Origin: Chrysomallon squamiferum
Taxonomy: Eukaryota; Animalia; Mollusca
Reading direction: 5' to 3'
Assembly: GCA_012295275.1 (NCBI GenBank)
Contig: CM022673.1
Span: 26,722,001 to 26,786,000 of the forward strand
DNA: 64,000 nucleotides
Below the pieces are notes generated by a model. The model searched no databases. It was not told where the DNA came from and worked only from the letters and a program-made list of their open reading frames with translations. Shown here piece by piece: positions 24,706-38,630 of this stretch; the stretch's first letter is position 1, and every line of letters begins with the position of its first letter. Both the position numbers and the translations under genes were made by a program.

Positions 24706-26380
24706 AGCTAAGCAAAAGCAGACAACACACACAGATATATATATATATATTTTTTTTAAGCTACAATTGTACTTTAAATTTACACTCTTCTTAAGCAGCA
24801 ATAAAAGTAATGTTTCTTTTCATAATTGTTTTGTTCTTGCGTTACAAATGGATGGAGTTGATGCAGGAAGATGTCTGATATTTTCATATTAAATTTCATT
24901 CCACAAAGGCTGGAGTCATAACTTTCAGCTATTTTAATGCTGAAAAGCTTTTATATTACTTTGTTGAACAAGCAATTATCTGCAATTTTTACAGGATTTT
25001 ATTTTTAATTTTTTTTGTTTTTGTCATTGTTAATGTAGTTAAATTAATATTGTAATGCAAACTATAGAGGTCAATCGATTTTTAAATTTGTTTTTGATAT
25101 TATTTATTTATATATAAAAAAAATAAAAAATAAAAAATAAAAAAAACCCCAAGTTTTGATGTATTTTATTTGTTATTAATGTTACAGAAAAACAAAATTA
25201 TTAAACAAACTTTTTTTTTACTCAAGTTACAGGTTAGAAGAACTTGATAGTAAATTAAAAAAAAAATATTAAAACTGAAAAAAAAGAATTACTAAGGTAT
25301 TAAGTTCCTTTCATATTTTCTCTTTTGCTCTCACTCTTTGCATGTCTGTTAGTGATAGATACTGGGCTGGAATAAAAATGTTTAATGTTTTTCAGTAACA
25401 TGTGATTTCACTTTGCATGTAGTGAAGTATAAGACATATTGTTCTAATTTTCTTTAATTGTAGAGATTTCTCCTTTGTTTAAGAGATTCTGGGAATTTAT
25501 TTTTGGATTTATTTTCCAGATTTAAAAAAAAATATATAACTTCAATATTTTAATAGGTATTAATATTCTGAAAGGTGAACAAAATAGCACATTTCTAGTT
25601 GAATAAATCTAATAAATATCTTAGTATTAATCTCTGAATATCTCTTTAAAAAAAAACCTTTGAACTTTTTTTCCCACCCAATGCATTAGTTTTCATTAAT
25701 ATTGTTATGGTTAATATACTTAACTCTAATTAGAATTGAAATTATTGCCATTAAAAGTGCATTAAAGATAAATCATTAAATGGCATGTTTTAAGTTTTTT
25801 GGTTTTGTTCTGAAGGTTGCAAAAAGTCTTCATGGTCTTTAAAAAGTTGTTTCAAATCATCTGAGGTTACAATTTACTTTATTTACCACTGATACACAAC
25901 AGAATTGCTTTGAAATGTTCCTGTGAAAACAAATCACGTCACACCTTTACCTCTTTTCTAAAAATTAAAAAATTTATGTTCTTGTTTCAGTTTCAACTGT
26001 TATCTTGTTAACATGTTAGCAAACTTTTTTTTTTAAACCTCCACCCCCTAAGTTCAGGGAGGATGGTCCTGACAGCTGTGGCAACTGTAAACAGGTTTCT
26101 GTTGGTGGCAAATATTGGCATGCTTTATCAATATTGTGGGTACAAACTGAGTTTATTTACACTAAATCACTGGTAATTGAAATGTCTCTGCTAATGTTGG
26201 CAGTTGGCTACGACTATGTGTTCAGGTTAGGACTGCACCAGTACAAGCAGCCAATTCTAATTCACTTCCTCTTACAGAGTTTGATACTTAAGATAATTCG
26301 AAGCCTTCCTGAACTTAACCCATTTCAGGGTGTTAAAACTTGTTGCGATTACTTTTTTTTTTTAATTCTGTGAAATAAAT

Positions 26381-26457
26381 AATTGCAACAGTCTTTAACG
26401 TTTTTATTTAATTGCAACAGTCTTTAATGTTTTTATTTAATTGCGACAGTTTTATTT
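26381..26457. repeat. 29-bp tandem repeat, ~2.6 copies
   Basis: AATTGCAACAGTCTTTAAYGTTTTTATTT repeated. Confidence 0.85.
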
Positions 26458-26503
26458 ATTTCCGAGTTTTTTTCATTTTCAGTTTTTCTTTTTCTTTTTC
26501 TTG

Positions 26504-26539
<36 letters not shown>

Positions 26540-29500
26540 CTTTTTCTTTTTCTAACCCTTATTATTATTATTTTTTCATGTTGCAATTTTTTTCTCTTAC
26601 AAAGCATGGTAGGCCTGATTTATTTGTTAATCTAATTAGTATGCAGAACATTTATGAATATTTAATGTGTTGAAAAAAATAACAATTTTTAAAAATGTAC
26701 ATTTACATAAACAGAGAGAGAGAGAGAGAGAGAGAGATTAAATGGAATTAACTTCTTACAATACTGTTAACTCTAAGAAAGGAATCTGTGATCCCTTGTT
26801 TGTTTTCCTCATGATAAGACTTTTTCTTGTGTATTCTTAGTGTTTTAAATATTGCCAATTAACCAGGATATATATCATCAGATCTGACAAGAGTGCATGA
26901 AGTGAAACGTTATTTTAAGATATTTTCTCAGCATAAGCTTTTAAAATATACACATCAAACTATATAATAATATTCTAAATTAGACTATGTTATTTCAAAG
27001 TTGATATTCCGACAGTATTGTCAGAAGTTAATTTCATTTAATCTTATTATCTTTATATATATATATATATATAGTTGTCTTTATAAAGTCAAAGGCTCTC
27101 TTTGTTTCACCGATTTCTTTTTTCTTTTATCTTTTAACTTAAAAGAAAAGGCATGTAATGAAAAATAAATTGTTTCACATTCTTAAGACAATAATAAATA
27201 AAAGAAGTGAAACCTTATTTTCGAAAAAAAACCCTGTAAAACAAATAATCATGAAAAAAACAAAAAATAACCAGCACACAAAAGTAACAGTATGTGAAAT
27301 TAACACCAGCAGTAAACAGAGATTTAAGAAGATAAAACCAACTGTTACTTTTTATGTTCTCGAATTCTGACTGACTTAGGGCAGGGCCTGTTTGATAAAC
27401 CCCATGCAGTGCACACTGTCACTGAAACTACATTATTATTTCTAGCCCAGCATGAACACAGTTTTGTTTTCTGATTGTTTTTAATGGTTTATGGACAATG
27501 GTAGATTGACAGTTATGACTGTACAACTATACCTGATTAACTGACAGTAAATGCACACATACTGAGAAGACATGGACATCACTGTTTTAAGCTTTTGTCA
27601 AGGAGTTCAGACGTCTGAATTGACTGAATAACTGACGTTAACTTCTGTCATAGGTAGAACACAAATCTGTAAAGGTTAATTTCTGAGTATTTACTACATC
27701 TATTGCATTGTAGATATTTGAAGTAAAACATTTTTGTCTCCAGATATGTAATATCTTTATGTTTAATGTAACTTCAGTAAGATTGAAGAAGGTAGAATCA
27801 TATGTAATAAAAAAAAAATGAAAGTACTTGAAGTTAGTTGTTTCAAAAAATGTCATTACTCCCAAAACCTTTGTTTTTGATATTTGTTTTTATCTGATAT
27901 TTTCAGTCAGTGATTCTAATTTGGGAACAACCACATATATTGCATTTTAATTTAAGTAGCAAATAAAATCTGTTTTGTGGGTAATAGACCCAATAACTGA
28001 TGTAATTTTGTGATGTATTGTCATAAAGCGTTCATTTATTCCTAAAGTATACTGTGACAGTCACTTTGTGAAGCATTCAGAAAAGGTATTGGTCACATTT
28101 TCATAAAGAGCAAATAATTTAAGCCTAAGCTGTGTGATTATTGTGAAAAAACCAACAAATCTGATCTATTTAAATTTAAAAAAATATATTTTATTATGAC
28201 TTAATTTATGGTTAGTATTATTATTAAGTAGCTTTGATGATTCTAGTTCAAACCATTTTGAATTTAGGTCAATGGCTTTTAAATTATTCAGATAAAAAAA
28301 TATTTGAGATATTCTATACTAAAAAAAAAAAAAATAGTAATAATTTAATAAAAAAAATTATATATGAAAATGGAAAGGAGAGATATAATGGGTTCAGTAT
28401 TGTTTATCACTAAAAAATTGATTTACTTCCTTCCATTGTTTTTTTTTGTAAACTTAATTGCAGCTTATTTTTTCCTAAACCAGAGAGTACCTATGTAATT
28501 ATCAACAATAATTACCTTTTTTATTGATTTTTTTCTTTTTTTTCCCTCACCTAATTGGTTAAAATTAAGATGAAAATAGATTTTATCAATAGCCTACCAT
28601 TACATTTTATGACCATTTTGGTTCAAAATGATGATTACAGGTTATTGTTTTTATTGTCTTTTTTCCCCGTCATTTTCATTTTGTGGGTATTACACTAAAA
28701 CTGAAACCAATGATTTTGTAAAATACTTGAAATTATCACAGGATTAGGGGGAAAAAAACAAACCCAAACCCCCAAAACAAACAAACAAACAAAAAAAACT
28801 TGTAAAAATCTTAAAATGGAAGAGAATGGTAAATTATTCTCAGATTCTGATGATGAAATAATTTTCATTTCTATTTAACTCAAACATAAACTGAAAAATA
28901 TATATATTTTTTTTTAGTTTCAGAATTTCCCAAATCTTCAAACCAAACATCTTTTAGGTGGTAGATATCATTAACTGTGAACTTCTATTTCTAAAAGATT
29001 TTCAAGTTTACTTTATCAAAAATATTTTTAGTCACATTGTCAGAGCTAGTCAGCTAAGCAGAATTTTAGAAAATGGAATATTTTTATTTTAAAATTTAAA
29101 CACAATTTCTATTCAAAGTTTCAAAAGTACCAATTACAGAGGATCTAATAAGCTCTTCAGATATAGTCATATTTAAACTCTATTTTTAAACAGTTTACTG
29201 TTAATGGTCATTGTTGTATTTAGCATCGTCAAACAGTTTAAATAACTGTACCAGTTATTATTTTTAACATTTAGAAAACTTTTTTGCAAAGTTTAAATAT
29301 GGATGCTCATAGATGTTTTACTAAGTTAAACTGTATTATTTATACTCAGGGGTTTTTTTCTTCTTTTTCTTATTATTATTAATCTCATGAAAACTAAGAG
29401 CAAGCTTAATTTAATTCATACATAATTATTAAATTTTAAATCCTAAAATATTTTATCCTTTTCAGCAATAATGGATGCATGTCATAACTGATTAATTGAA

Positions 29501-30497
29501 CAAGATGCATTTGTGCCATTTTTAAAATTATTTAATTGTTGAAACTTTATTTTTTTATTATTATTTTTGACACTAATTAGACATATTAATTAAATTTAAT
29601 TTCTAAAACATTTTATTCTTGTTAACAAACACAGACTCCTTTCCCAGAGATAATCAGTTAAATATTTTAAAATCCAAAAATTCATTTGTCTTTATTCTTT
29701 AATTTATAACTTTAAAAAAAAAAAAAAAAAAAAAAAAATCACTTTCAAACTACTGGCATTTACTCTTTTCCTAAATCTAGATTTAGAAAAAAGTTTTTTT
29801 GTATTTTTAAAAATACTTTTATTTCTTCTGTTTAAATGGTATTAACCATCATTTCCAGCTGGTCTCACAATTTAGTTACTGAAGGAGCAAGGTAAACACG
29901 GTAATGAAAAAGAATGGAGGTACTTGGCCTGCCTGCTGTTTACAGCCCTAAGCACATGTAATAATGTGATTTACTTGCTTTGCTCTCTAACACTGACCAC
30001 AAAACAAACAGCAATCTTTTATGATAAAATTCGAGCATTCCGTACAAAAACTTGTAAAACCTTCACTGGCCATTGAAGGAGTTTTTATTATCGCCATTGT
30101 GATTTATATATAGTACGTCTAGCATTAAAACTGAGATCTGCCAGTTCTGAACGTATGAGATTATGGAAGTTGTAAAAATGTATCGCATGCATTTTATTAT
30201 TTGGTTTCAAATGCTTCTGATTGGTATCAAGTTTTAAGATATAGCTGCTGTTTTATTTATTTTTTATATTTTATTTATTATTTATTTTTTTTATTTTTTT
30301 TATTATAATCTTTTATATTTGTTATTTATTTTTTATGATGTTTTTTTTTTGGTTTTTTTGTTAGTCATTAAGATTTAACCTTTCTAAGTGCCAAGATAAT
30401 TAAGTGCGGAATGTTTTTTGACTGTTGTTTCTTTAAAATCAATATACTGTTTTTAATTGCACTTATTAAATTATGATCTGCACTTTTCGTGTGATTT

Positions 30498-30551
<54 letters not shown>

Positions 30552-30680
30552 AATAAAAATGAATTAATAAATAAATACTAATTTTTTTGTTGTTTTTATT
30601 TAAGAAAAAATTTATAAATAAGACAAAATAACAAACTGTGTGTGTGTATGTGTGTGGTGTCTGTGTCTGTGTGTGTGTGT

Positions 30681-30712
<32 letters not shown>

Positions 30713-31266
30713 CTGTGTGTGTGTATCTCTTTTACAACTTGCTCTTTTTCCACACACTGTTAAACCAAAGAACAAAAGAAAAAATTGGCAGTTACGTCTT
30801 AGCGATCCTGTTTATATAATATCTTCAGTGTATTAACACATTACCGTAATTTGTAAATAAAACCCCCTGAAAAAACACAAACTTTTGTTTGTCAGCCAAA
30901 TATTTCTCTGTTAACATGGATTACCCTTCAAGTCTTCTCTGTTTTCTTTACCAGTTCATTTCAGTTGTTTGTTCAGAAGTCTTGTGTCTCAGGTTGAATT
31001 AAAGCTTTACTTAATAACATATTCAGTATGTTTTTAATCTGTATGTGACTAAGAAGTGTACTGACAAGTGAGAATGGGAAGCTGTTTGTTCTCTCCTGTG
31101 GATTGTTCTTTTTCTTAAAAGATTATTTATATTCATCGGCATATAAACATTTTAAATTAAATTCTAGAAGATACTGTAACTTGATGACCTTTTAGGTAAG
31201 CTTCTGTATTTGTTTGGATTGTGCAAAATGTAGATATGGTTTTTTTCATTAAAAAAGCTATCTTTT

Positions 31267-31298
<32 letters not shown>

Positions 31299-32370
31299 TT
31301 TTTTTTGAAGTCTACATCTTAAAATCAGTAACAACAACATCAGTCAGAAATTTCTTTTTCTGTTCTAATTTAAAATGTATTTAATTTAGTGTTAGATATA
31401 TTAACTGCTATTTCTAGATTTATATTAATTATGCATTGTATAATGAAAAAAAGTATAGAAGGAAATGTCAGATTAATAAATTTTGGACCTTCTCCAATCT
31501 CTTGCATTATTAAATGTTTTGTAACATTAATACAAACACTTGTCTGTTACTATGATTTTTATTATTATTATTATTATTATTACTAATTTATTTATTTACT
31601 TTTCAAAGTGTTGATCAAACTTTTTACAATAGTCAAGAAATTTGATCATTTATGCATAAATGCCTTTGACATATTATCAGTTTTAGCAAAATAATAATGC
31701 AGAACATAATTCGTTCTGAAAATGAGGTAAAATGTATATAATTTTCTTTGGCTGTAAATTATAGTACTGTGAGTAGTTCTGTGTAGTTGTGTGTTTGGAC
31801 TCAGTGGATTTCTGATGATTTCCTCTGACATTTGGCCGTTGGAAGTAAATACCAGTTAGTGGTCCACTGCTCAGTGTTTGTTTGTTTGTCTTCTGTAACA
31901 CCAGGACTTTTGGCAGCAGAAGAAGCAGACACGTTTGAATTATCATTTCACTTAGCTGTGCACAGTATTATTCTCGGAAAGCTGCAGATAAGACAACAGA
32001 GTGCAGAAAAATAAAAAAACATTTAACAAAAATAAAGATAATAAATAATAAAGAGCAGTTGTGGTTTGTTTTTTAACAAGTTGGTAATGTTTTCTAATAG
32101 TTTAGCTCTGAAGAAACTTTTTTGTTTTGCAGTAGTATTTGGCATAAGCATAGTTGAATATATATATGTATATATATCCATGTGCCTGAAAATAATAATG
32201 TATTTTAACATATATTATTTGATGTTAATCATTTGTTTCATATGTAATGAGAATAATATTTTGTTACAGAGGACTGTTGTGGGATAAAATACTTGCTGTA
32301 AGAAAAGAAAATCTTATTTTGTAGAGCTTATTTAGAAATAGAAAATCTCATGGAATGGTTTGAGGATTGT

Positions 32371-32593
32371 GGTAAACAGACAGTTCCCAATTTGGACAAT
32401 TCCCCACTCCACACACAAGTACACACACACTAACACACTAACACACACAGACACATACACACACACACACACACACACAAAAACCCATACAAGCAAATGT
32501 ATACATGTTATTAGATCTATTGTCATCATCATCATAATCATTATTACCACAATTATTATTGTTGTTGTTGTTGTTGCTGTTGTTATTACGGCT

Positions 32594-32642
<49 letters not shown>

Positions 32643-32662
32643 AACTACTACTACTACTACTA

Positions 32663-32703
<41 letters not shown>

Positions 32704-32854
32704 TAATTTTTACAGGATGTTACTGTTTTGATTCTTGCCACTGATACTTGTAAAAAATTAAAAGTGGGATATTATTCAAAAGTGTCATTATGGATTGTCC
32801 ATTGGGGAAATTGTCCAAGTGGGTTATTGTCCATTTGGGAATTGTCCTGGATCC
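32371..32854. mobile_element. Foldback/MITE-like remnant with inverted subterminal 15-16-bp repeats
   Basis: Left arm GACAGTTCCCAATTTGGACAATTCCCCA (32379-32406). The right arm has four ATTGTCC units (32794, 32810, 32826, 32841) ending GGGAATTGTCCTGGATCC. The interior is mostly compound microsatellite. Confidence 0.5.
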
Positions 32855-33162
32855 AAGGATTGTTCCTGTAGCACAATGATCTACTTTTGCCATTGTCTTT
32901 AAGGTGAAAAGTATATGATTTTTCGGTTACAGTACCTTTGATAATTAACAGTTTTTTTTAATTTTAAATGGTCTTTTCTCTGAAACAGAAATAATATTTG
33001 ACAAAAGACTAAAAGACATAAGAAAATTTTAATGTTATGTTGTGTATCCAGTAATTTCTAATTTAAATAAAATACAACACTTTTTTCTTTTTTTTATGTT
33101 GACTGTAAACTCAGTTGGTTTATGTGTGAAATTATTTAAAATACAAGTAGAATTAAATCCAT

Positions 33163-33165
<3 letters not shown>

Positions 33166-33225
<60 letters not shown>
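33166..33225. repeat. (TG)n microsatellite
   Basis: Pure TG run. Other TG/CA arrays at ~19334-19375, 24660-24700, 30637-30724, 33602-33630, 36338-36373, 45630-45720, 46467-46530, 51508-51586 and 55867-55903. Confidence 0.95.
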
Positions 33226-33228
<3 letters not shown>

Positions 33229-33598
33229 TTTTTTACAACGTTAAATTTGAATTATTGATATTAGCATTACTGATTGTTTGTCACCTGTTGAGAAAGAATT
33301 AGAAATTATGTATCAGATTGTCATAGAAATTTTATTTATTGTGAAAGATTATCACCTGGGAAATAGAATGACCTTTGTAAATGGTAATAAAATATTTATG
33401 GCAGAACAAAGAAATGAAATATCTGTTTTGATGTGTATCTGTGATCACAATAATTGTAGCATTTTAACTGGCAGTTTACGAGTTTGACATAGTTTGCTAA
33501 AATAAGACAAACTGATAATATAAATTAGGTCAAATGCCAGTTATTATTGCTAAAATAATTTCAGTATTAGAGAAATCCATATTTTTGTTTTTGTTTTG

Positions 33599-33633
<35 letters not shown>

Positions 33634-34534
33634 ATACTTTTTAAAATTTGGCATCATAGATCACAAAACAAGTCCTTCATTGTTTTCACATTTGGCCTAT
33701 TTTATTGTATTGCCAAGAACAACTTTATTTCTTAATTACTTAACAGGTGAAATAGAAATGCATTATACCTGTACTACATGTCATTATTTGTGTAACTTGT
33801 TAAAATCATCAGATTCCATTATTTTTCCTGTTTATGAGGGAGTCACTTATGTTACTTCACATTTAGTGTGAGTTAACTAATTTTTCACAAATTCCTTCTT
33901 CACTCAGGGACAAAGTTTTATAGTCAGTTATATATAATTTTGTTCTAAAATAAGTGCAAAATCTTAGCGTACAAGTTATATTGTCATTCTTTTAATTTTG
34001 TTTTAAGAAAGGCAAAAATTTCAGCTAACCAGCTTTCAGAAATAATGTCATCATTGTCACAGATATGATTTTTGTTCTGATAACGGCAAACATGCAAAAA
34101 TTTCAGATAACAAACCCATCAGAAGTAATTATATAGTCACTTCTGAGATTGGAAACCTGTAAATCTTGAGAATTGTTTCTGTCTTGACATGGTGGATGAG
34201 TTTCACCTTAAGTACATCAACAGTGTCTGATTAATGATGACTTCTGACTGGTACCATTTCTGTGTACATTTCCATCAGGCTTCGGTGTCACTCTGTATAC
34301 TTTGAAATTTATGCTGGACATAATAAAGGTATTGGCCAGCTTGTAGATGTTCAATATAAATCATTTAAAAGTAAAAGAAATTCTTGTTTTTAATGATGAA
34401 AAAAAAAAAAAAAAAATTTACATAGAAGAACAAGAATTAAAGATATGTATTTACTAATCTGAACAGAGAATTATTCTTTGAAAGCATTTAAAGCTAATAA
34501 TAAAAAATAATAATAATAAAAAAATAAGTAAATA

Positions 34535-34579
<45 letters not shown>

Positions 34580-35574
34580 TAAATAAAATAAATAAATAAA
34601 TAAATAATACATACAAAATGACTTGTAATAATTACAGCAAATTAGAACAGTTATCTGAAATTGCTGTATAGTCCATTAAAAATGTTTTCGTTTCATTAAA
34701 CAAACAAAATATATACCAACAACTGCACTGCAGAACATGTAAATAACTACTGTATAAATTTAATTTTACATACTGTGTATTTAAATGGTTATAACGTTTA
34801 TTGTTTCTTTTTAATGAAAAACCCCAACAAAACAAAAAAACAATAGCAAAAGATTACCTTGCAATTTTAGATGTGTTTTGCATTGTTTTTATTTGCTGTA
34901 AAATTACACGTCATTTTATGTCTATGTGTTCAGTTTCTTTCAAATGATATTTTATTTTTGAAAGCCATTACTTGGATTTTCATTTTAAAAATAGCTTCTC
35001 ATTCAAAATAAAATAATAAATAGAAAAGTTATCTGGGGAAAAAAAAGAAAAGAAATATAGGTTTATTTAATTAATGTGTCATTTCAGAATAGAATAAAAT
35101 CCCAACAGAAATTTTTCCTTTATTTATTTTGTGTATGTGTCTCTGTATGTCTGTTTTTAATTTATTTTTTTTTTTTTTTCAAAAAAGTATCCATAATAAT
35201 AACATATTGGTATAAAATTAAGAGCTTTTTTTACAAAAAAAAATAAAATAAAAAAATAAAATATAAAGGTAATTAATAAGAATTAAAAATACTAAGAATA
35301 ATAACAACTAATAATCAGAAACAACAAAAATAATAATAATGATTGATGATGATGATGATAATAAAAATGATGATAATAATAAAGGTAATTTACGACAGAC
35401 ATAACAGCAATACGTTACTATCCGATTTCAATAATTAAAATGTTCTTTTCAGTAATTGTTGTATGTAATAACATACATGATGTCGACTATGATAAAATAC
35501 TTTGACAGATCTATTATTTGATCTTTTTAAATGTGTCTGTTATTCTTTGATATTCCATTCTGCTTTTATCTCAG

Positions 35575-35595
35575 ATTTATGAAATGGACAAAGAG
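35575..35595 (+). other. Candidate 21-nt microexon (ATTTATGAAATGGACAAAGAG)
   Basis: ttccattcTGCttttatctcAG acceptor and GAG|GTACGC donor. Length is a multiple of 3 and it contains an ATG. Confidence 0.3.
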
Positions 35596-36334
35596 GTACG
35601 CTGGCACTTCATTTGATAGCTAATACAGTAGTTTTGTGCTTTAATAGCACGAAGCTTATAATGATTGAAACGCAACATGCACTCCCATTTTTATTCAGAA
35701 AATTTCTGTAAATACAGTTATTTTGTGGATTCAGAAGATTTTCATAATGGGTTGGGGGGGATAAAAGCACACTGTATTTAACAGTGTTTTCATTACAGTT
35801 CTCTGCTCAGGCATTACCAGTTTCATACATGTTCCTGTCAGTCTTGGGTTTATTATTTTTGTTTAACGTCTTTGTTTTTGTGGTAGATTTACTTTTGTGA
35901 TTCTTCTGCCTGATCCCGTAACTTTTATTTCAGCATCTAGAAAATGAAAATTGTAATAATAATCTGTTCTGAAAATGTTAATTGTTGGCATATTAAGAAG
36001 CATTTTGTATTTCCGAAGTACCATAAACTGACTGCAGTCTGTTAATCTGTTGTCTCTGTCAAACTGTAAATTTTGTAATGTCTTAATGTTTTAAGTGTCA
36101 TCATTTTATTGTTGGTCACATGTCCTGTAAAGCAAGGATTTCAGAACTGGGAGTCCCTTCAGTGTGTATTCATATTGTTTAATGTGCAGACACATACACT
36201 AACATATACACAGATATACATACACACAGACATGCATAACATATTCACATATTCAAAAACAACATAACATTTGAATGTCTTTGTTGTTTAACTATAATGA
36301 AGGAAAAATATTTTAAAACACACACAAACACACA

Positions 36335-36376
<42 letters not shown>

Positions 36377-36610
36377 TGCATATTAATATATGTGTGTATG
36401 TATGTCTGTGTATGTGTGCAACTGATTTTTTAAAACTTTTTCTTTCATTAAGAATTATTTATTAAAAATTATATATATATATATATGCAGTCCCTTTGGA
36501 TTTATTCTGTTTATGTAGAAAATTGTTATGATGCAAAATATCAGAAAAACTGACACTGGTAGAGTTCAGCAAATTTTGATGTGTGTTGACAAACCATCTC
36601 AGCTGTTGAG

Positions 36611-36981
36611 TAATTAAAATATTTATACAGTCACAAGTGCACTATTTTACAAGTATTTTTAAAACCATATTTTAACATACCAAATATTAATATTATACTT
36701 TTTAATTAAAATATTTCTAGTCATTAGTGCATTATTTTACAAGTATTTTTAAAACCACATTTTAACATACCAAATATTAATATTATACTTTTTAATTAAA
36801 ATATTTCTAGTCATTAGTGCATTATTTTACAAGTATTTTTAAAACCATATTTTAACATACCAAATATTAATATTATACTTTTTAATTAAAATATTTCTAG
36901 TCATTAGTGCATTATTTTACAAGCATTTTTAAAACCATATTTTAACATACCAAATGGTTAATATTATGTTTTTTTAATTAA
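36611..36981. repeat. 90-bp tandem repeat, ~4 copies
   Basis: AGTGC anchors at 36636, 36726, 36816 and 36906; the inner copies are nearly identical. Confidence 0.95.
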
Positions 36982-37842
36982 TGTTAGTATTAAAAAAATA
37001 TTTTATACTTCTTGCATTGATTACATAGTATTCTTATTAAACAGATATTTATTAAAATTGAGAACTGGCTGAAGGTTTTGTTAAAGTGAATTTAAAAATA
37101 TGTTTCAGTTTTCAGTTTGTGTTAATTCACACTAAGGAGTGGGACAATTTCATTTTGCTGTATTGTGAGATACGAAATTTATTTATTTATTTGTTTATTC
37201 ATTTATTTTTATTTATTTTATTTTATTTATTTTTATTTTATTATTATTATTTTTTTTTTTCTCACCAGCAGAACAAACTCAATTAATTTTAACAGTAATA
37301 AAGAAAACTATGGGAAAAAAACAGTAAAAAAAAAAGAAGCTTCTTTATTTTCACAATTAAGAATATTTAGTGATTATTGGGTTGCTTTACCCAAATAATG
37401 TATTAAAAAAAGAAAGAAACATAATTGGTATATTTTGTATGAGTATAGTTTACCAACCATAACAGTATAATGGACACATGCTTCTTTATTTACAGAATTA
37501 AGAACATTTTCTGTTCCACGGTTTGCTTTACCTGCATTGAAAAAAAAAAACTCAACAGCTTGAACATGGCACATTTTCTTTTTTCAGTGAGTATAGTTTC
37601 ACCACACAAAGCAATACAGCAGCATGTTACTGATGATAATGCCGGTTCCTTTAAGAGTGTTATGGGAAAAACGTCATATTTAACAGCACAGAAGCATTGT
37701 TCTGTGCCTCTAGTGGGCAGAACTGCATCTCTGGTAAACACAGACATTAGACTTTAATCTGCCTTACTACATCCCTATTTCCAGTCAATAATTCGCTATC
37801 ATTCTCTGTCATTCTTTCCCTGGCTTGACAACGTGCAGAAGC

Positions 37843-38048
37843 ACTTCCGCATTACAACTGGTTAGTTTTGCTCAGCTCTCTGGCTGTGTGTGTGTGTGTG
37901 TTTGTTTGTTGATGTCCAAGAGTTAACTGCCACTGTTTCTGGATTTTTATGACCCATTCATCTGGCTTGGTTCTTGTCTGCCTGGGTTAGTGGAACTGAT
38001 GTTGTATGTCGCTGTGTGTGAACTCTGCTTCTGATTACCTCTGGTCAG
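37843..38048 (+). promoter_or_regulatory. Candidate alternative promoter and non-coding first exon
   Basis: ETS-like ACTTCCG (37843-37849), Inr-like TTAGTT (37862-37867), a GC-enriched block, and a strong CAG|GTAAGG donor (38049-38054). No clear upstream acceptor. Confidence 0.4.
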
Positions 38049-38353
38049 GTAAGGTTCCAGACCGTTAATGTGTTTCTTTGTTGGTTTGTCTGATTACGAG
38101 AATTTTGAATGTAATATTATTAAATGTGTAGAGGCTTTCGATGTTAGTGTATTTCCAGATTGTTTAGAAACAGGTTTTTTTAAAGCATAGTAGAGTAGAG
38201 TAGAGTACAGTATCGTGTGGAAAGAATTGCAGTTGGTTCATATTATGAATAATAAACTTTGTTGTGTCACAGGTGTTTTGATTGTGATATCTAAATGTAA
38301 GTATTATGAATGATAATTGTTATAAAATAGTTTGCCTGAAGCCATTGTTCTCA

Positions 38354-38630
38354 AAATAAATAAATACATACATACATACATACATAAATAAATAAATAAA
38401 TAAAAGAAGCATTAATAACTAAATAAAATAAAAATAAATAAATAAATAAATAAATAAGATAAATAAATAAATGAATAAATAGAATAAGATAAATAAATAA
38501 ATAAATATATAAATAAAATAAATAAATACATAAACAAATAAACAAATAAATAAATAAATAAGAAGAATAAATAAATAAATAAATAAGAATAATAAATAAA
38601 TAAAAATAAAGATTATTTATTTATTTATTA
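38354..38630. repeat. Compound (TAAA)n/(TACA)n low-complexity tract
   Basis: About 250 bp of imperfect TAAA repeats followed by (TTTA)n. Comparable T-rich tracts at 24460-24605, 61640-61742 and 62240-62480. Confidence 0.9.
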
